Source: Candidatus Falkowbacteria bacterium
GTDB taxonomy: Bacteria; Patescibacteriota; Patescibacteriia; Patescibacteriales; UBA12075
NCBI GenBank assembly: GCA_003514005.1
Contig: DOSJ01000018.1
Coordinates: forward strand, 33,105 to 97,104
Direction: 5' to 3'
Length of the DNA stretch: 64,000 nt
The position numbers were made by a program, and so were the translations under genes. Below, piece by piece: positions 35,626 through 45,472 of the stretch. The stretch's first letter is position 1, and the number at the start of each line of letters is the position of its first letter. A model generated the notes under the pieces. The model was not told the DNA's origin and did not search any database. It saw nothing but the letters and a program-made list of their open reading frames with translations.

Positions 35626-35665
35626 ATAAAATATTCTCGCTAAATTATCGCAGATACCAAGTTTT

Positions 35666-38176
35666 CTATTCCCTAGTAACAACAACCGGGTTATCATTTA
35701 TATAAGCCTTGTCAATCACCGCGATAATAAAGAAATTACTGCGATAATGCGTGGCCGCTTCACGGCTGCCGATCATTACTTTTCCTTTCGGTCCAAAATT
35801 ATAACCGCTGATATACAATACACCCATTACCTTATTCTCGCTCTTTACAAATTCTACACGGCGAGCAATATTGCTAACTAAGGTTTCACCAAAACCGACT
35901 TCATTGCTGACAAATTCGCCAACCTGAACGCTGACAAAGCCATAGCGGTATCCATCTAAAATCTGGATCCGTATTTCCTGGCCCTCTTCAGTCGGATAAA
36001 CACCTAGCGTCCTTACATTCGGAGTGATAACGGTTTTTGTTTCATCATTATATTTATAAGTAATAACATTTTCTTTGGGATTAATGGAAAAGCCGTAACC
36101 CTTGATTGAAAGCACCTTGTTTTCCATGTTAATGCTTGCGCTGTCAACATGCGGACGAACATTCAAAACCGAAGTACCATCATCGCTCCAGCGATCATAT
36201 TGTAAAACGACTTTGGTATTGCTATTCGAAATCGCCATCGGCGCTTTTACATAAACCGTGGCCGTGTCCCCGCTCAAATCAATGGCATAGGGCGCTACGC
36301 TTATCTCGTCCGTATTGCTTAGTTTAAAATTAACCCTGCACAGCTCTAAATTATCCGAAACGCCATTCGCACTGATCCGGATATCCGCTCCCGGAACAAC
36401 CGGATTCGGCGATACGGCAATAACCGTCGGAATGATTTCCAAAGCGATATAATTTGAATCCTGGCCATTTACTTTTACATTAAAATATCCATTCTGCGCA
36501 CCAACCGGAACCGCAACCTTTAGGGTCGTACCTTCGCGCGTAATATTTTCCGCGCTCAGACGGACATTAATGCGTTTGTTATTTCCCTGAAACTCTACGT
36601 TTACAATACCGTCAGCCGCCTTAAAGCCTTCACCGTTTATGGTTATTTCCTCGCCGATTTTAGCGGCGGCAATCTTTTCCGAACCGGTATAAACCGTGCG
36701 GTTACGGCTGCTCATTACTGTTAAAATCTTTGGCTTGGCCAAAAAGGCCAAGAATTCCGAACGATCCGATTCAACTCCATTTGAGATAATGGTTATGTCA
36801 AAGCTGTTGCTTTTCTTCGTGGTAACAACCTCAATCTTTTCCAATTCGCCAACGCTCACAATCTTGGCTTTTTTCGTTTCCAACTTATTCCCAGCACTAT
36901 CATAAAAATTTACGCTCGGCGCCGTACCTAGTCCTTTACCATAAATCGTCAAGTTATCACCAACATGCTCATAACCGCGCTGGCTCCACTCGGTAGCCGT
37001 AACCACCGGTTTGATCTTGTAAGTTATTGAATTAGATTTATTGATTTTTTCCAATCCGGCCGCATCAAAGAAAGAGGTCTGGACATACATGCCGCCCGCA
37101 ACCGTGCCGGCCGGCAATTTGAAAGACATCTGTTTCAAGCTGGAATCCATTGTTTCCGGCTTTACCCAAGTCAAAGATACTTTGCCTTCGCTATTTATCG
37201 TATTCACAACCAGCGATGTGCTGTTTTTTTCCAACGGCATGAAACCGCTGCCCGTTACCACCACGTCTTCGCCAACACGAACCAACTCCGGATGAATAGC
37301 GCTTATTTTAGTTTGGACATTATAATCAAAACTGCCGATATAATTCAAATTGATATATACCTTTCCCAATCCGGAATAAGTTCCTTCTTGGATCTGGAAA
37401 TACACGCCGCTTGATGTAACGCGAGACGGCTTGTTTTTTATACTGGAAAGATTATTTGTCAGTTTATCAAAATATGGAAGCTCAATTTCGATATCACTAT
37501 CGGAATAATTGCCGATGTTTGAGATATTGACCAGTTTTGTTTCACCCACAAAACCCTTTACTTCCGTTGTTGAAATATTATTATCCGATTCTACCAACTG
37601 GATACCGTCCAAATACAAGGTTGCATTGGCAGGCATGTTTCCATAGACAAAAGCCAATAGCGCATCAGCAGAAGCCGTTGGACTTACGTTTACAACATGC
37701 TTTTGCCACTTATCCGTGATCGGCTTGGCATAAAAACCGGAAATCGCGTCATGCGTATCCGCTTTTTGCAAATAGGCAATCAAATCCATATTCGCGGTTG
37801 CGCGCGCGTAAAATATTAATAAATATTTCTTGGCCGAATTCACGGCAAATTTATTGGTTACGTTATTGGAAGACATCACTGCCGTAAACGCGTCCTGAGG
37901 CGCTCCCTTGGCATCAATCGCGGCACTATATGAACCGTAGCCAAAAGGCGCGTCATAGGCGCGATATAGCTCGTATGTGCGGGAAGAAGATTCGTCTTTC
38001 CAAGTCCCCCAATGCGTATTTATCAAATTTTCAAAACTACCCTCTTTTATCAGATTCCCGGCTGCAACTACTTCGTTTACAGAAACAAAGGCAGAGAGAC
38101 TAAGAATCATTGAAGAGATTACAAACAGATTCAATATTCTCAAAAGCATTTGTTTTCTTAATTGAATTTTTTTCAT
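35666..38176 (-). CDS. Secreted protein with repeated IPT/TIG-like Ig-fold domains
   Basis: Signal peptide, an N-terminal CBM-like region, and repeated motifs of the type I.AIHP..V..GE.V.ITG.GF. Confidence 0.5.
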   Translation of the reverse strand: MKKIQLRKQMLLRILNLFVISSMILSLSAFVSVNEVVAAGNLIKEGSFENLINTHWGTWKDESSSRTYELYRAYDAPFGYGSYSAAIDAKGAPQDAFTAVMSSNNVTNKFAVNSAKKYLLIFYARATANMDLIAYLQKADTHDAISGFYAKPITDKWQKHVVNVSPTASADALLAFVYGNMPANATLYLDGIQLVESDNNISTTEVKGFVGETKLVNISNIGNYSDSDIEIELPYFDKLTNNLSSIKNKPSRVTSSGVYFQIQEGTYSGLGKVYINLNYIGSFDYNVQTKISAIHPELVRVGEDVVVTGSGFMPLEKNSTSLVVNTINSEGKVSLTWVKPETMDSSLKQMSFKLPAGTVAGGMYVQTSFFDAAGLEKINKSNSITYKIKPVVTATEWSQRGYEHVGDNLTIYGKGLGTAPSVNFYDSAGNKLETKKAKIVSVGELEKIEVVTTKKSNSFDITIISNGVESDRSEFLAFLAKPKILTVMSSRNRTVYTGSEKIAAAKIGEEITINGEGFKAADGIVNVEFQGNNKRINVRLSAENITREGTTLKVAVPVGAQNGYFNVKVNGQDSNYIALEIIPTVIAVSPNPVVPGADIRISANGVSDNLELCRVNFKLSNTDEISVAPYAIDLSGDTATVYVKAPMAISNSNTKVVLQYDRWSDDGTSVLNVRPHVDSASINMENKVLSIKGYGFSINPKENVITYKYNDETKTVITPNVRTLGVYPTEEGQEIRIQILDGYRYGFVSVQVGEFVSNEVGFGETLVSNIARRVEFVKSENKVMGVLYISGYNFGPKGKVMIGSREAATHYRSNFFIIAVIDKAYINDNPVVVTRE

Positions 38177-38237
38177 ATTTTTCTTGCTTATTATTAATTA
38201 ACAGGCTCCAAAAAGGCTTACCTGTCTAAAACAATAC

Positions 38238-38266
38238 ACTGTATCACACTTTTTCGATTATGTCAA
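38238..38266 (-). promoter_or_regulatory. Sigma70-like promoter (cassette shared with 44569-44597)
   Basis: Minus strand: TTGACA (38266-38261), N17, TACAGT (38243-38238). Confidence 0.55.
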
Positions 38267-38306
38267 GGGTTTTTTGCGATAATTATTTATTTTGGCTAAA
38301 ATTGAA

Positions 38307-38338
38307 TAAAAAAAATCGACATAATTGTCGATTTTTTC
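38307..38338 (-). terminator. Rho-independent terminator
   Basis: atcgac / gtcgat stem flanked by A8 and T6 runs. Confidence 0.6.
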
Positions 38339-38370
38339 ATATATATTCTTTTTGATTATTTAATTACAGT

Positions 38371-39636
38371 CTAATAAAATCCAACCTCAAAACTAACGCT
38401 ATAAGTCAATCCGGATACCAGACCGGTGGCTTTTATATCGTGCGTGCCTGGGCGCATGTCGCAAGGGACTTGGATGCGGGCGGTGAAGGCGCCGTTTTTG
38501 TCGGCTCGAACCTTCCAGATAATGTCTTCCAGCTTCACTTCCACATCTTCATTAAAACCAAAGCCTTTGCCGTAAATATATGAAGTTGATTCAGGCGCGT
38601 TCATGCGTCTGTCTGTGCTAAGCGATAATGGTTCGACAACGATTGTGTCGCTCGGACTGCTTTTGTGATATGCAATAATATTCAAATCAGAATCAAGCGC
38701 CAGAATACTGCTTGAGTTAAAAACCACAACCACCTCGCCATATGCGTCTTCGGCAACGCGCAAGCCCATGGCCCAGCCGTTACCGCCGCCCAATTGCGTT
38801 GTATATGCCCAATCGATCGGAGACATATCGGATTTATTTATTTTTACCACGCCGATACCGTCCGAAAAATAAACATGATCTCGGCCGTTAATGCCGTCAA
38901 CATCATAGCCATAATCGGATGTATGGCGGAATTCATGGATTTTGCTATTAAAAGAAACGCGCTTCAGGCCTTTGTCATCCACAAAATAGCCTTCACCATC
39001 GAGCTCATCAATAAAAATATTGCGGTTATGATCATCCTTAAAATTAATGCCGGTTTCCATAATCACATCGCGATACAATCCATCGATTATCTGAAAACGG
39101 TCTTTTTTGATTTTATAGAGATAATTGCCGTCATTGGAAATTTTTATATTATCCGGCATAGTGCTGTATTCTTTGAAAGAGTTTGTGATATCACTATTTT
39201 TATTCCACTGCTTTACGCCATTAACGCCGGAAGTAACAACGCCCAAATTATTTTTGCTCAAAGCCTGAAACCAATCCCAGCCGTTATCCTTGGTCTTGGC
39301 GACTAGTTTTAAGGAACTGACATCAGTCGCATCATATTTATACAAATAACGTCCGTTAATTGTATAGACATATAAACGTCCGCCTTCGTTTGCAAAAGCC
39401 AAGTCAGTAAAATCGCGATACTCGCTTTCATCAGAACGAACCAAACTTTTCTTTACAATTCCTTCCTGTGTAAGTTCAAACAACTCCAAAATACCGGTAT
39501 TTGTCGTACCGATAATCACTCTGCCATTATAACCGATCGCTTCGCCGGAGTAATATGGCTTAACATTGCTTTTTGCCTTTGGGATAAAGACTAAAACAGT
39601 AAAAATAATAACTATTAATGCAATTAATTTTTTCAT
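38371..39636 (-). CDS. Secreted hypothetical protein (possible beta-propeller plus C-terminal Ig-like domain)
   Basis: Signal peptide MKKLIALIVIIFTVLVFIP. No catalytic motif recognised. Confidence 0.45.
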   Translation of the reverse strand: MKKLIALIVIIFTVLVFIPKAKSNVKPYYSGEAIGYNGRVIIGTTNTGILELFELTQEGIVKKSLVRSDESEYRDFTDLAFANEGGRLYVYTINGRYLYKYDATDVSSLKLVAKTKDNGWDWFQALSKNNLGVVTSGVNGVKQWNKNSDITNSFKEYSTMPDNIKISNDGNYLYKIKKDRFQIIDGLYRDVIMETGINFKDDHNRNIFIDELDGEGYFVDDKGLKRVSFNSKIHEFRHTSDYGYDVDGINGRDHVYFSDGIGVVKINKSDMSPIDWAYTTQLGGGNGWAMGLRVAEDAYGEVVVVFNSSSILALDSDLNIIAYHKSSPSDTIVVEPLSLSTDRRMNAPESTSYIYGKGFGFNEDVEVKLEDIIWKVRADKNGAFTARIQVPCDMRPGTHDIKATGLVSGLTYSVSFEVGFY

Positions 39637-39689
39637 ATAATAAGTATGTTTAAATTTTTAATTTGAGACTTTAAAAAATCTATCCATTT

Positions 39690-39759
39690 GTCATTCCCGC
39701 GAAGGCGGGAATCCAAGATTTGATGCTTGTAGCTGGATTCCCGCCTTCGCGGGAATGAC
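39690..39759. repeat. Family-1 palindromic element, canonical copy
   Basis: Perfect 26-bp arms gtcattcccgcgaaggcgggaatcca / tggattcccgccttcgcgggaatgac with an 18-nt spacer. Confidence 0.9.
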
Positions 39760-39838
39760 AAGAAAAAAGTTTTCTTTAAGTCTCAATTTAAAATTAATCT
39801 ATATTCGGATTTTACCCTAGCAAATTAGCTAATAATTG

Positions 39839-41050
39839 TCAATGTTTAGCTATTTTTTCAAATAAATTAATTATCTGCCGATAATGACTATTTGCGTTCA
39901 AATGCTCGATTGATTTTTTGGCTCTTCTACCGATTTCGCGTAAGTCTAAATAGGCTAAATTATCAATAATATTAGCTAATTTTTTGTAATTTCCCGGCTC
40001 AAACAAAAAGCCATTTTCTTCATTTTTAATCAATTCTGGCATTCCTCCGGATTTGGCAACTATCGCAACTTTAGCGCTTGCCATTGATTCCAAAAGGCAA
40101 TACGGCATATTCTCCGGCCAGAGCGAAGAGATAACAACCGCTTTGGCTTTTCTGATAATCACATCAAGCTCATCGCCGTATTTCGGGCCAAGCATTTCTA
40201 CACGTTTTGATAATTCAAGAGCGCTTATTTTGTCTGCCAGCTTTTTGTAATCCGGGCCGGAGCCGACAATCTTGAAATTAATATTGCTTTTTAAATTTTT
40301 CATTGCCATCAAAACCGTTTCAATCCCCTTTTCACTGGACAAGCGTCCATAAAACAAGATATAGTTTTCTAATTCCGCAATTTCACTTTTATCAAAATCT
40401 TTAAAATCCAAAAAATTATAAATAACTTTTATTTTTTCTTCCGGAATGCCAAAACCGACGCACTTGTCTTTCATAAACTGGCTTGGCGCAATAAACATAT
40501 CGACATTTTGATATGATTTTAAAAACGAATTATGCAGATAAGCCTCGGCCATTCCCAAAAAACTTTTTGCCCAAGAATCTTTCATGCATTTGTTTGCGAA
40601 ACAATTGTAATATTTTCCACCTCGGCATTTATCACAAACTTTATTTTTTGAAAAAAGAATAGCATTCGGACAGATCAATTTGTAGTCATGCAAAGTCTGG
40701 ACAACCGGAATATTATTTTTTTTCAAAACCGAAATTATGGCCGGGCTGAATTGATGGGCAATGTTGTGCAAATGGGCAACGTCTGGTTTTTGATCCTGAA
40801 TAATTTTTTTCAATTTTTTTATCGCGTCATAATTATAAAAAAACTTAAAAATATTTTTTATGCTGAATTTATTCAAATCAACTTTATCTATAAAATATTT
40901 TTCGTACTTCGATGACAAGTTGCTATCCTCTTTCATAGAAAAAACAAGCACGTCATGTCCTTTTCTTTTCAATACCTTTGACAAACCAAAAAGATACCGC
41001 TCCGAGCCGCCTTTTAGATAGTAGAATTTATTTATTTCTAGGATTTTCAT
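39839..41050 (-). CDS. GT4-family glycosyltransferase
   Basis: MKILEINKFYYLKGGSERY N-terminus and a PENMPYCLLESMA C-terminal motif. The ORF-track N-terminus (MLLILDSRLRGNDK) is repeat-derived. Confidence 0.75.
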   Translation of the reverse strand: MKILEINKFYYLKGGSERYLFGLSKVLKRKGHDVLVFSMKEDSNLSSKYEKYFIDKVDLNKFSIKNIFKFFYNYDAIKKLKKIIQDQKPDVAHLHNIAHQFSPAIISVLKKNNIPVVQTLHDYKLICPNAILFSKNKVCDKCRGGKYYNCFANKCMKDSWAKSFLGMAEAYLHNSFLKSYQNVDMFIAPSQFMKDKCVGFGIPEEKIKVIYNFLDFKDFDKSEIAELENYILFYGRLSSEKGIETVLMAMKNLKSNINFKIVGSGPDYKKLADKISALELSKRVEMLGPKYGDELDVIIRKAKAVVISSLWPENMPYCLLESMASAKVAIVAKSGGMPELIKNEENGFLFEPGNYKKLANIIDNLAYLDLREIGRRAKKSIEHLNANSHYRQIINLFEKIAKH

Positions 41051-41062
41051 ATTTATCCACTT

Positions 41063-41210
41063 GTCATTCCCGCGAAGGCGGGAATCCAGGATTAAAAGCA
41101 TCCTGCATTATTTACTCCTAAACTATTAAAAAATATTCAAATATTTTCCCCTGGATTCCTGATCATTTAATATCTATATTCCCTACGGGGTTAGGTGTGT
41201 CAGGAATGAC
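41063..41210. repeat. Family-1 palindromic element (expanded, degenerate right arm)
   Basis: gtcattcccgcgaaggcgggaatccagg ... cctggattcc ... caggaatgac. Confidence 0.7.
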
Positions 41211-41225
41211 AAAAAATATATATTA

Positions 41226-43043
41226 TTATAAAAACTTATTTCTTATCACCCAATACCCCACCTTCAAAATATTCCGCTTCATCTCCCCGCGAATCGTGCA
41301 GATGATCCAACTTTCTTCGATAACTTCGCGGATTATTTTATTTCTAACTGTATTTGCTTGCGCTCCATTCCAAATCTTATCTATTTTTTCTGAATTAATA
41401 TTACCGATTTTCAGATTGATCAAGTTGCTTGGAAAGACATTGCCGGCCGAATCGATAAAGGCTGAATCAAATCCGGCGCCACTTTTTAACAAGCGCTCTT
41501 TGTTTTTTGCGTAGCTAAGCAAGCCGTAATCATAATAAGCGCGCGCCCAGCGTTTTGGACTTTTGCTTTTTAATTCATTTTCTATTACATAATTCAGGCT
41601 TTTTTCCACTTCGGCGATATAGGTCAGGCTATTATCTTTTTTACCAAAATAAATATCCGAATTCTGGACCAAAGCGATCGCAAGCTCAATTTCCATTTCT
41701 TTTGAAAGGTCATAAATCGCCGGAAGTTCACTTACATTGTCATTCATTATCGTAAAACTAAAACCCAGATTGCTAATACCAATAGCCTTGAGACCGGATA
41801 CTGTTTTCATGACAGCCCGAAACATCCCGGGAATGCCGCGAATCTTGTCATGCGTTGCCGCAAGTCCGTCCAACGATATGCGAATACCGACGCGCGGATC
41901 AATCGCGCGGATTTTTTCCATTGTTTTAACTATCAAATCCGTTGCCAAGCCGTTTGATGATATGATAATTTTCGCTTTCGGACTGACGCGATTGATTGTG
42001 TGCACGATACCTACAAGTCCAGGATGCAAAAACGGTTCTCCGCCGGAAAGATTGATATATCTTAAATCTTTGCTTAAATTTTCAAATAAACATTCGCTCA
42101 TACTAGCTGGATTTTCGATCTGCCAAATATTGCACATCTGACAGCGAGAATTGCAACTGTACGTAATAGCGATTGTCGCGTCACGCAAGCGATAATTTTT
42201 CTGTGCAAACTTATTCTTTATGCTTTTTAGCGCAATTTTTATATTATTTAATAAAACAATAACTTTATTTTGTAATTGATTTTTTGGAAAATGTTTTTGT
42301 AAAAAAGATGCTATACCATCACGATCATATTTCAAACGCATAAGACTACCTGTGCCGCCAGATGAGAAACCGTGATAATGGATTACTTCAGATTTTGGAT
42401 AATAAATAACACCATATCCTGCTTGATTTGCGCGATAACAAAAATCCATATCTTCCATGCCCAGAAAATATTTTTCATCCAGACTGCCGATTTTTTCAAT
42501 CACACTTTTGCGGATAAGCAAGCATCCGCCCGAAAGCCAGTCTATTTGACGCGGACAATTATCTTCGATTTCTCTCCGACTCATCAGAGTGGATTTGTTT
42601 GTCAGATTATATAATTTGAACAAACGCAAAAATTCTCCAACAATATTGGGATAACGACCGCCGCTGGCTTGCGGCTTACCACCTGGGAAAAGCATACGCG
42701 GGCCGATAACGCCGACTTGCGAATTAACATACAAATAATCCAACATTTTTGAAATACTTTTTTCTTTTAGAAGTACATCCGAGTTCAATAGCAAGACATA
42801 ATCGCCCTGTGCGTTTTCGATGCCCTGATTTACCGCGCGCGCAAAACCAATATTTTCTTTATTCTGAATAAACTTTAGATTCAAATCCTGAAATATTTTA
42901 CTGTCCAAGCTACCGTCCGATTCATTGTCAATTAAAATAATCTCATAATCCAAATCTTTTTCTTGCAACACAAAATTCCGAATAACCTTTTCGGTCATTG
43001 CGGGGGTTTTGTAGTTTATGATAATTACGGATAGTTTTGGCAT
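41226..43043 (-). CDS. Fusion protein: GT2 glycosyltransferase (N) + radical SAM domain (C)
   Basis: LSVIIINYKTP..IDNESDGS..EDMDFCYR (GT2), then ITYSCNSRCQMCNIW (CxxxCxxC) and GGEPFLHP (radical SAM). ATG at 43043. Confidence 0.75.
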   Translation of the reverse strand: MPKLSVIIINYKTPAMTEKVIRNFVLQEKDLDYEIILIDNESDGSLDSKIFQDLNLKFIQNKENIGFARAVNQGIENAQGDYVLLLNSDVLLKEKSISKMLDYLYVNSQVGVIGPRMLFPGGKPQASGGRYPNIVGEFLRLFKLYNLTNKSTLMSRREIEDNCPRQIDWLSGGCLLIRKSVIEKIGSLDEKYFLGMEDMDFCYRANQAGYGVIYYPKSEVIHYHGFSSGGTGSLMRLKYDRDGIASFLQKHFPKNQLQNKVIVLLNNIKIALKSIKNKFAQKNYRLRDATIAITYSCNSRCQMCNIWQIENPASMSECLFENLSKDLRYINLSGGEPFLHPGLVGIVHTINRVSPKAKIIISSNGLATDLIVKTMEKIRAIDPRVGIRISLDGLAATHDKIRGIPGMFRAVMKTVSGLKAIGISNLGFSFTIMNDNVSELPAIYDLSKEMEIELAIALVQNSDIYFGKKDNSLTYIAEVEKSLNYVIENELKSKSPKRWARAYYDYGLLSYAKNKERLLKSGAGFDSAFIDSAGNVFPSNLINLKIGNINSEKIDKIWNGAQANTVRNKIIREVIEESWIICTIRGEMKRNILKVGYWVIRNKFL

Positions 43044-43056
43044 ATTTTTATAACCT

Positions 43057-43209
43057 GTCATTCCCGTGCCCTGCTGGGTATAAACTCCGGCGGGAATCTT
43101 GGTTTTTTATTATCGAGTCTTTTTTCTTACGATTATATTTAAAAATTTATTATTTATTTTTTTGAATCCACTATTCTATCACCGAGATTCCCGCCTTCGC
43201 GGGAATGAC
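43057..43209. repeat. Family-1 palindromic element (variant left arm, ~90-nt insert)
   Basis: gtcattcccgtgccctgctgggtataaactccggcgggaatc ... gattcccgccttcgcgggaatgac. Confidence 0.75.
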
Positions 43210-44542
43210 AAGAGGAGGAAAAAACTCCAACCATCAACCAAAAAATAATCGCATAAGGTAAAGCGAAAAATGTTACCTCTACCAAGCCGTTAAAAAAAGC
43301 GGTTATAATGCTCGCAATAAAGCCGATTGCGAGAATTGATTTTTTTCCAAACAATCCGCCGGCTTTTTTGATTTGGGTAAAAATATTTTTAATTATCAAT
43401 AATAATATAATTAAACCAATGACACCTAAATCAATCAGCGCTTGCCAGAAAAAATTGTTTACATAGTTCCCTTGCTCTTGATCTAATATTTTCTCAAAAT
43501 GATAAATCTGTTGTCCGATTCCAGAGCCGAACCAGGGGTGGGCGGTAACCAAATCCCAGCCGACCTTGTATTCTGTCACGCGGTATTCCGTATTCGTATC
43601 TACAAATGCAGTTTGGATTCTTTGGAGCAAACCAGTAAAGTACGGCGTAAAGCCAAAAAAGGCCAAAGCCAAAAACCAAATAAGAAAAAGGACAAATGCC
43701 AAGCGTTTACCTTTGAAATTATAAAAAATATAAAACAAGCCGATAAATAAACTAAGTATCGCGCCTTTGCCTAGTGTCAAAAACACTGCTAAAAACGCCA
43801 TAAAAAAAGCCAAAAAAACAATCGGCTTCCAACGGTTGGCTATATCAAGCTCAAAATAAAATGCCAAAAGAAGGGGTGCAAGCAACGCGAGAATGGCGGC
43901 GCTTGTCGCAATCGGCGCGATTGGCAAAAGGATATTGGAACGGTTAAAAAAGAATTCTGAAGAAAATCCCATTAAATAAAATTTTAAAAAAACCTGCGCG
44001 CTTAAGACAATCGCCGTAACAGTAAGTCCATACAAAAACCAATATATTTTTTTCGTACTATCAAAAAGATTCATTGCCAAAAAGTACCCCAAAAAACTAA
44101 AGGCAACCGCCTTGAGCCCAAAAACAAAAAGACGAAAATCAATAACGGAAATGACAGACAACACAGAGATTATCAAATACGCAAACAGCCAGACGCTTAG
44201 TTTGTCGATTTTTAGTTTTGTATATTTTTGGTTCAAAAAAATATCCAAAGCAAAAACGCCAAACACCAATATGAGGAGTGCCTCAGCCAAATGCGCTTCA
44301 TAAATCCAGCCGGAAGTGATTGGAATAAAAAGCACTTTGCCAAAAATCAAGCTAGGCACCATTGCTACCAAAAACAGCCAAATTTTATCTAGCCAGAAAG
44401 CATACACACTAGCCAAAATAATTATCCCAAAAACAATCGCCAAGCTTGTCTTGTCAAAAACCAAAAGCGAAAACAAAAATCCAACGACTACCAATAATAA
44501 TCGCTTAATAAAAATATCCCGATTTTTGCTATATTTTTCCAT
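43154..44542 (-). CDS. O-antigen ligase/polymerase-like (Wzy_C-type) membrane protein
   Basis: About 12 TM segments with a large loop. The C-terminal SSSCHSREGGNLGDRIVDSKK is encoded by a repeat arm. The GTG at 44578 overlaps the -10 box, so ATG at 44542 is preferred. Confidence 0.5.
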   Translation of the reverse strand: MEKYSKNRDIFIKRLLLVVVGFLFSLLVFDKTSLAIVFGIIILASVYAFWLDKIWLFLVAMVPSLIFGKVLFIPITSGWIYEAHLAEALLILVFGVFALDIFLNQKYTKLKIDKLSVWLFAYLIISVLSVISVIDFRLFVFGLKAVAFSFLGYFLAMNLFDSTKKIYWFLYGLTVTAIVLSAQVFLKFYLMGFSSEFFFNRSNILLPIAPIATSAAILALLAPLLLAFYFELDIANRWKPIVFLAFFMAFLAVFLTLGKGAILSLFIGLFYIFYNFKGKRLAFVLFLIWFLALAFFGFTPYFTGLLQRIQTAFVDTNTEYRVTEYKVGWDLVTAHPWFGSGIGQQIYHFEKILDQEQGNYVNNFFWQALIDLGVIGLIILLLIIKNIFTQIKKAGGLFGKKSILAIGFIASIITAFFNGLVEVTFFALPYAIIFWLMVGVFSSSCHSREGGNLGDRIVDSKK

Positions 44543-44568
44543 ATATTTTCTGGAAATATTAATAAACC

Positions 44569-44597
44569 ACAGTAGCACTTTTTTTGGATTATGTCAA
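44569..44597 (-). promoter_or_regulatory. Sigma70-like promoter (cassette shared with 38238-38266)
   Basis: Minus strand: TTGACA (44597-44592), N17, TACTGT (44574-44569). Confidence 0.55.
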
Positions 44598-44618
44598 GGT
44601 TTTGCGATTTTTTCCAAA

Positions 44619-44655
44619 GAAAAAAGGCATTTCACTAATATTTTGTGAAATGCCT
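44619..44655 (-). terminator. Rho-independent terminator
   Basis: aggcatttcac (44625-44635) / gtgaaatgcct (44645-44655). The A-run on the plus strand is a U-run on the minus strand. Confidence 0.65.
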
Positions 44656-44687
44656 TTGTTGCGCCGAGGCGCCGGTCGAGGGGGAGG

Positions 44688-45056
44688 TTATTTTACGTGA
44701 ATACAAGGTCCAGCCTTGCGCCATTTTACAAACTCGGCGTCTGTGGACCATACGTCTTCGATTTTGCACCATGATTTTTTTCCATCCGCTAAAACATAGG
44801 GATGAATATCAGTTCCGCGGCCACCAGGGGCAACCCAGGTATTTCCACGCTGCTGCATGGGCTGATCGGAATTCTTTCCGGTAAGGTCATGGTAGGCGCA
44901 TCGCACCTCTCCTTTACCGGTATAAACCGTATCAATAAAAGCTTTGGGAAAAACAACGCTATCCCCTTCGGCAACAGGTGCAACCGGTCCATTGGCCATG
45001 GCGACATTTGCAATAAGCATAAAAATAATTCCTATCAATACTGATAATTTCTTCAT
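44688..45056 (-). CDS. Small secreted hypothetical protein
   Basis: Signal peptide MKKLSVLIGIIFMLIANVAMA and an AAGGAG SD. Confidence 0.6.
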   Translation of the reverse strand: MKKLSVLIGIIFMLIANVAMANGPVAPVAEGDSVVFPKAFIDTVYTGKGEVRCAYHDLTGKNSDQPMQQRGNTWVAPGGRGTDIHPYVLADGKKSWCKIEDVWSTDAEFVKWRKAGPCIHVK

Positions 45057-45227
45057 TTTTCTTTCTCCTTAAATTTTTTTTGGGGTTATTTTTTTCAATC
45101 AAATCTGAAATCACAAATCGTAAATCCTTCTATTCACCTCCTAAAATAAAGTTTAAAAACTTTAAAATTTTTGGGAGGCGATTTTGGGATTACCTCCCAG
45201 TTTATATTTTTATTTAAAGATCGATGT

Positions 45228-45450
45228 TCTGACCCTTGTCATTTTAACCAAAAATGTAGCTGAGCGAAGAATCCATTTAATTTGCAAACTTCTTTCAAGT
45301 CTCTAAATTTATTTCTATTGCAGTCTTTCTAAGTACTTTGCCAAATAAATTTCTTTTTCTTGCTTCGCTATTGTTTACCTCGCCTAAATTTCCAAGCATG
45401 TCTCAAAATTCTTATGCGGGTGTTAATCAGTTAAAATGATAAGGATCAGA
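45228..45450. repeat. 223-bp nested imperfect palindrome
   Basis: Arms tctgacccttgtcattttaac (45228-45248) / gttaaaatgataaggatcaga (45430-45450). Inner complementary pairs are agcgaag/cttcgct and atttaatttgcaaa/tttgccaaataaat. Confidence 0.7.
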
Positions 45451-45472
45451 TATATTTATATTGTAACTCCCC

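Noticed and set aside
45295-45399. 34-codon minus-strand ORF (MLGNLGEVNNSEARKRNLFGKVLRKTAIEINLET) inside the 223-bp palindrome
   Set aside because: It has no SD, lies within a palindromic element and has no recognisable features, so it cannot be supported from sequence alone.
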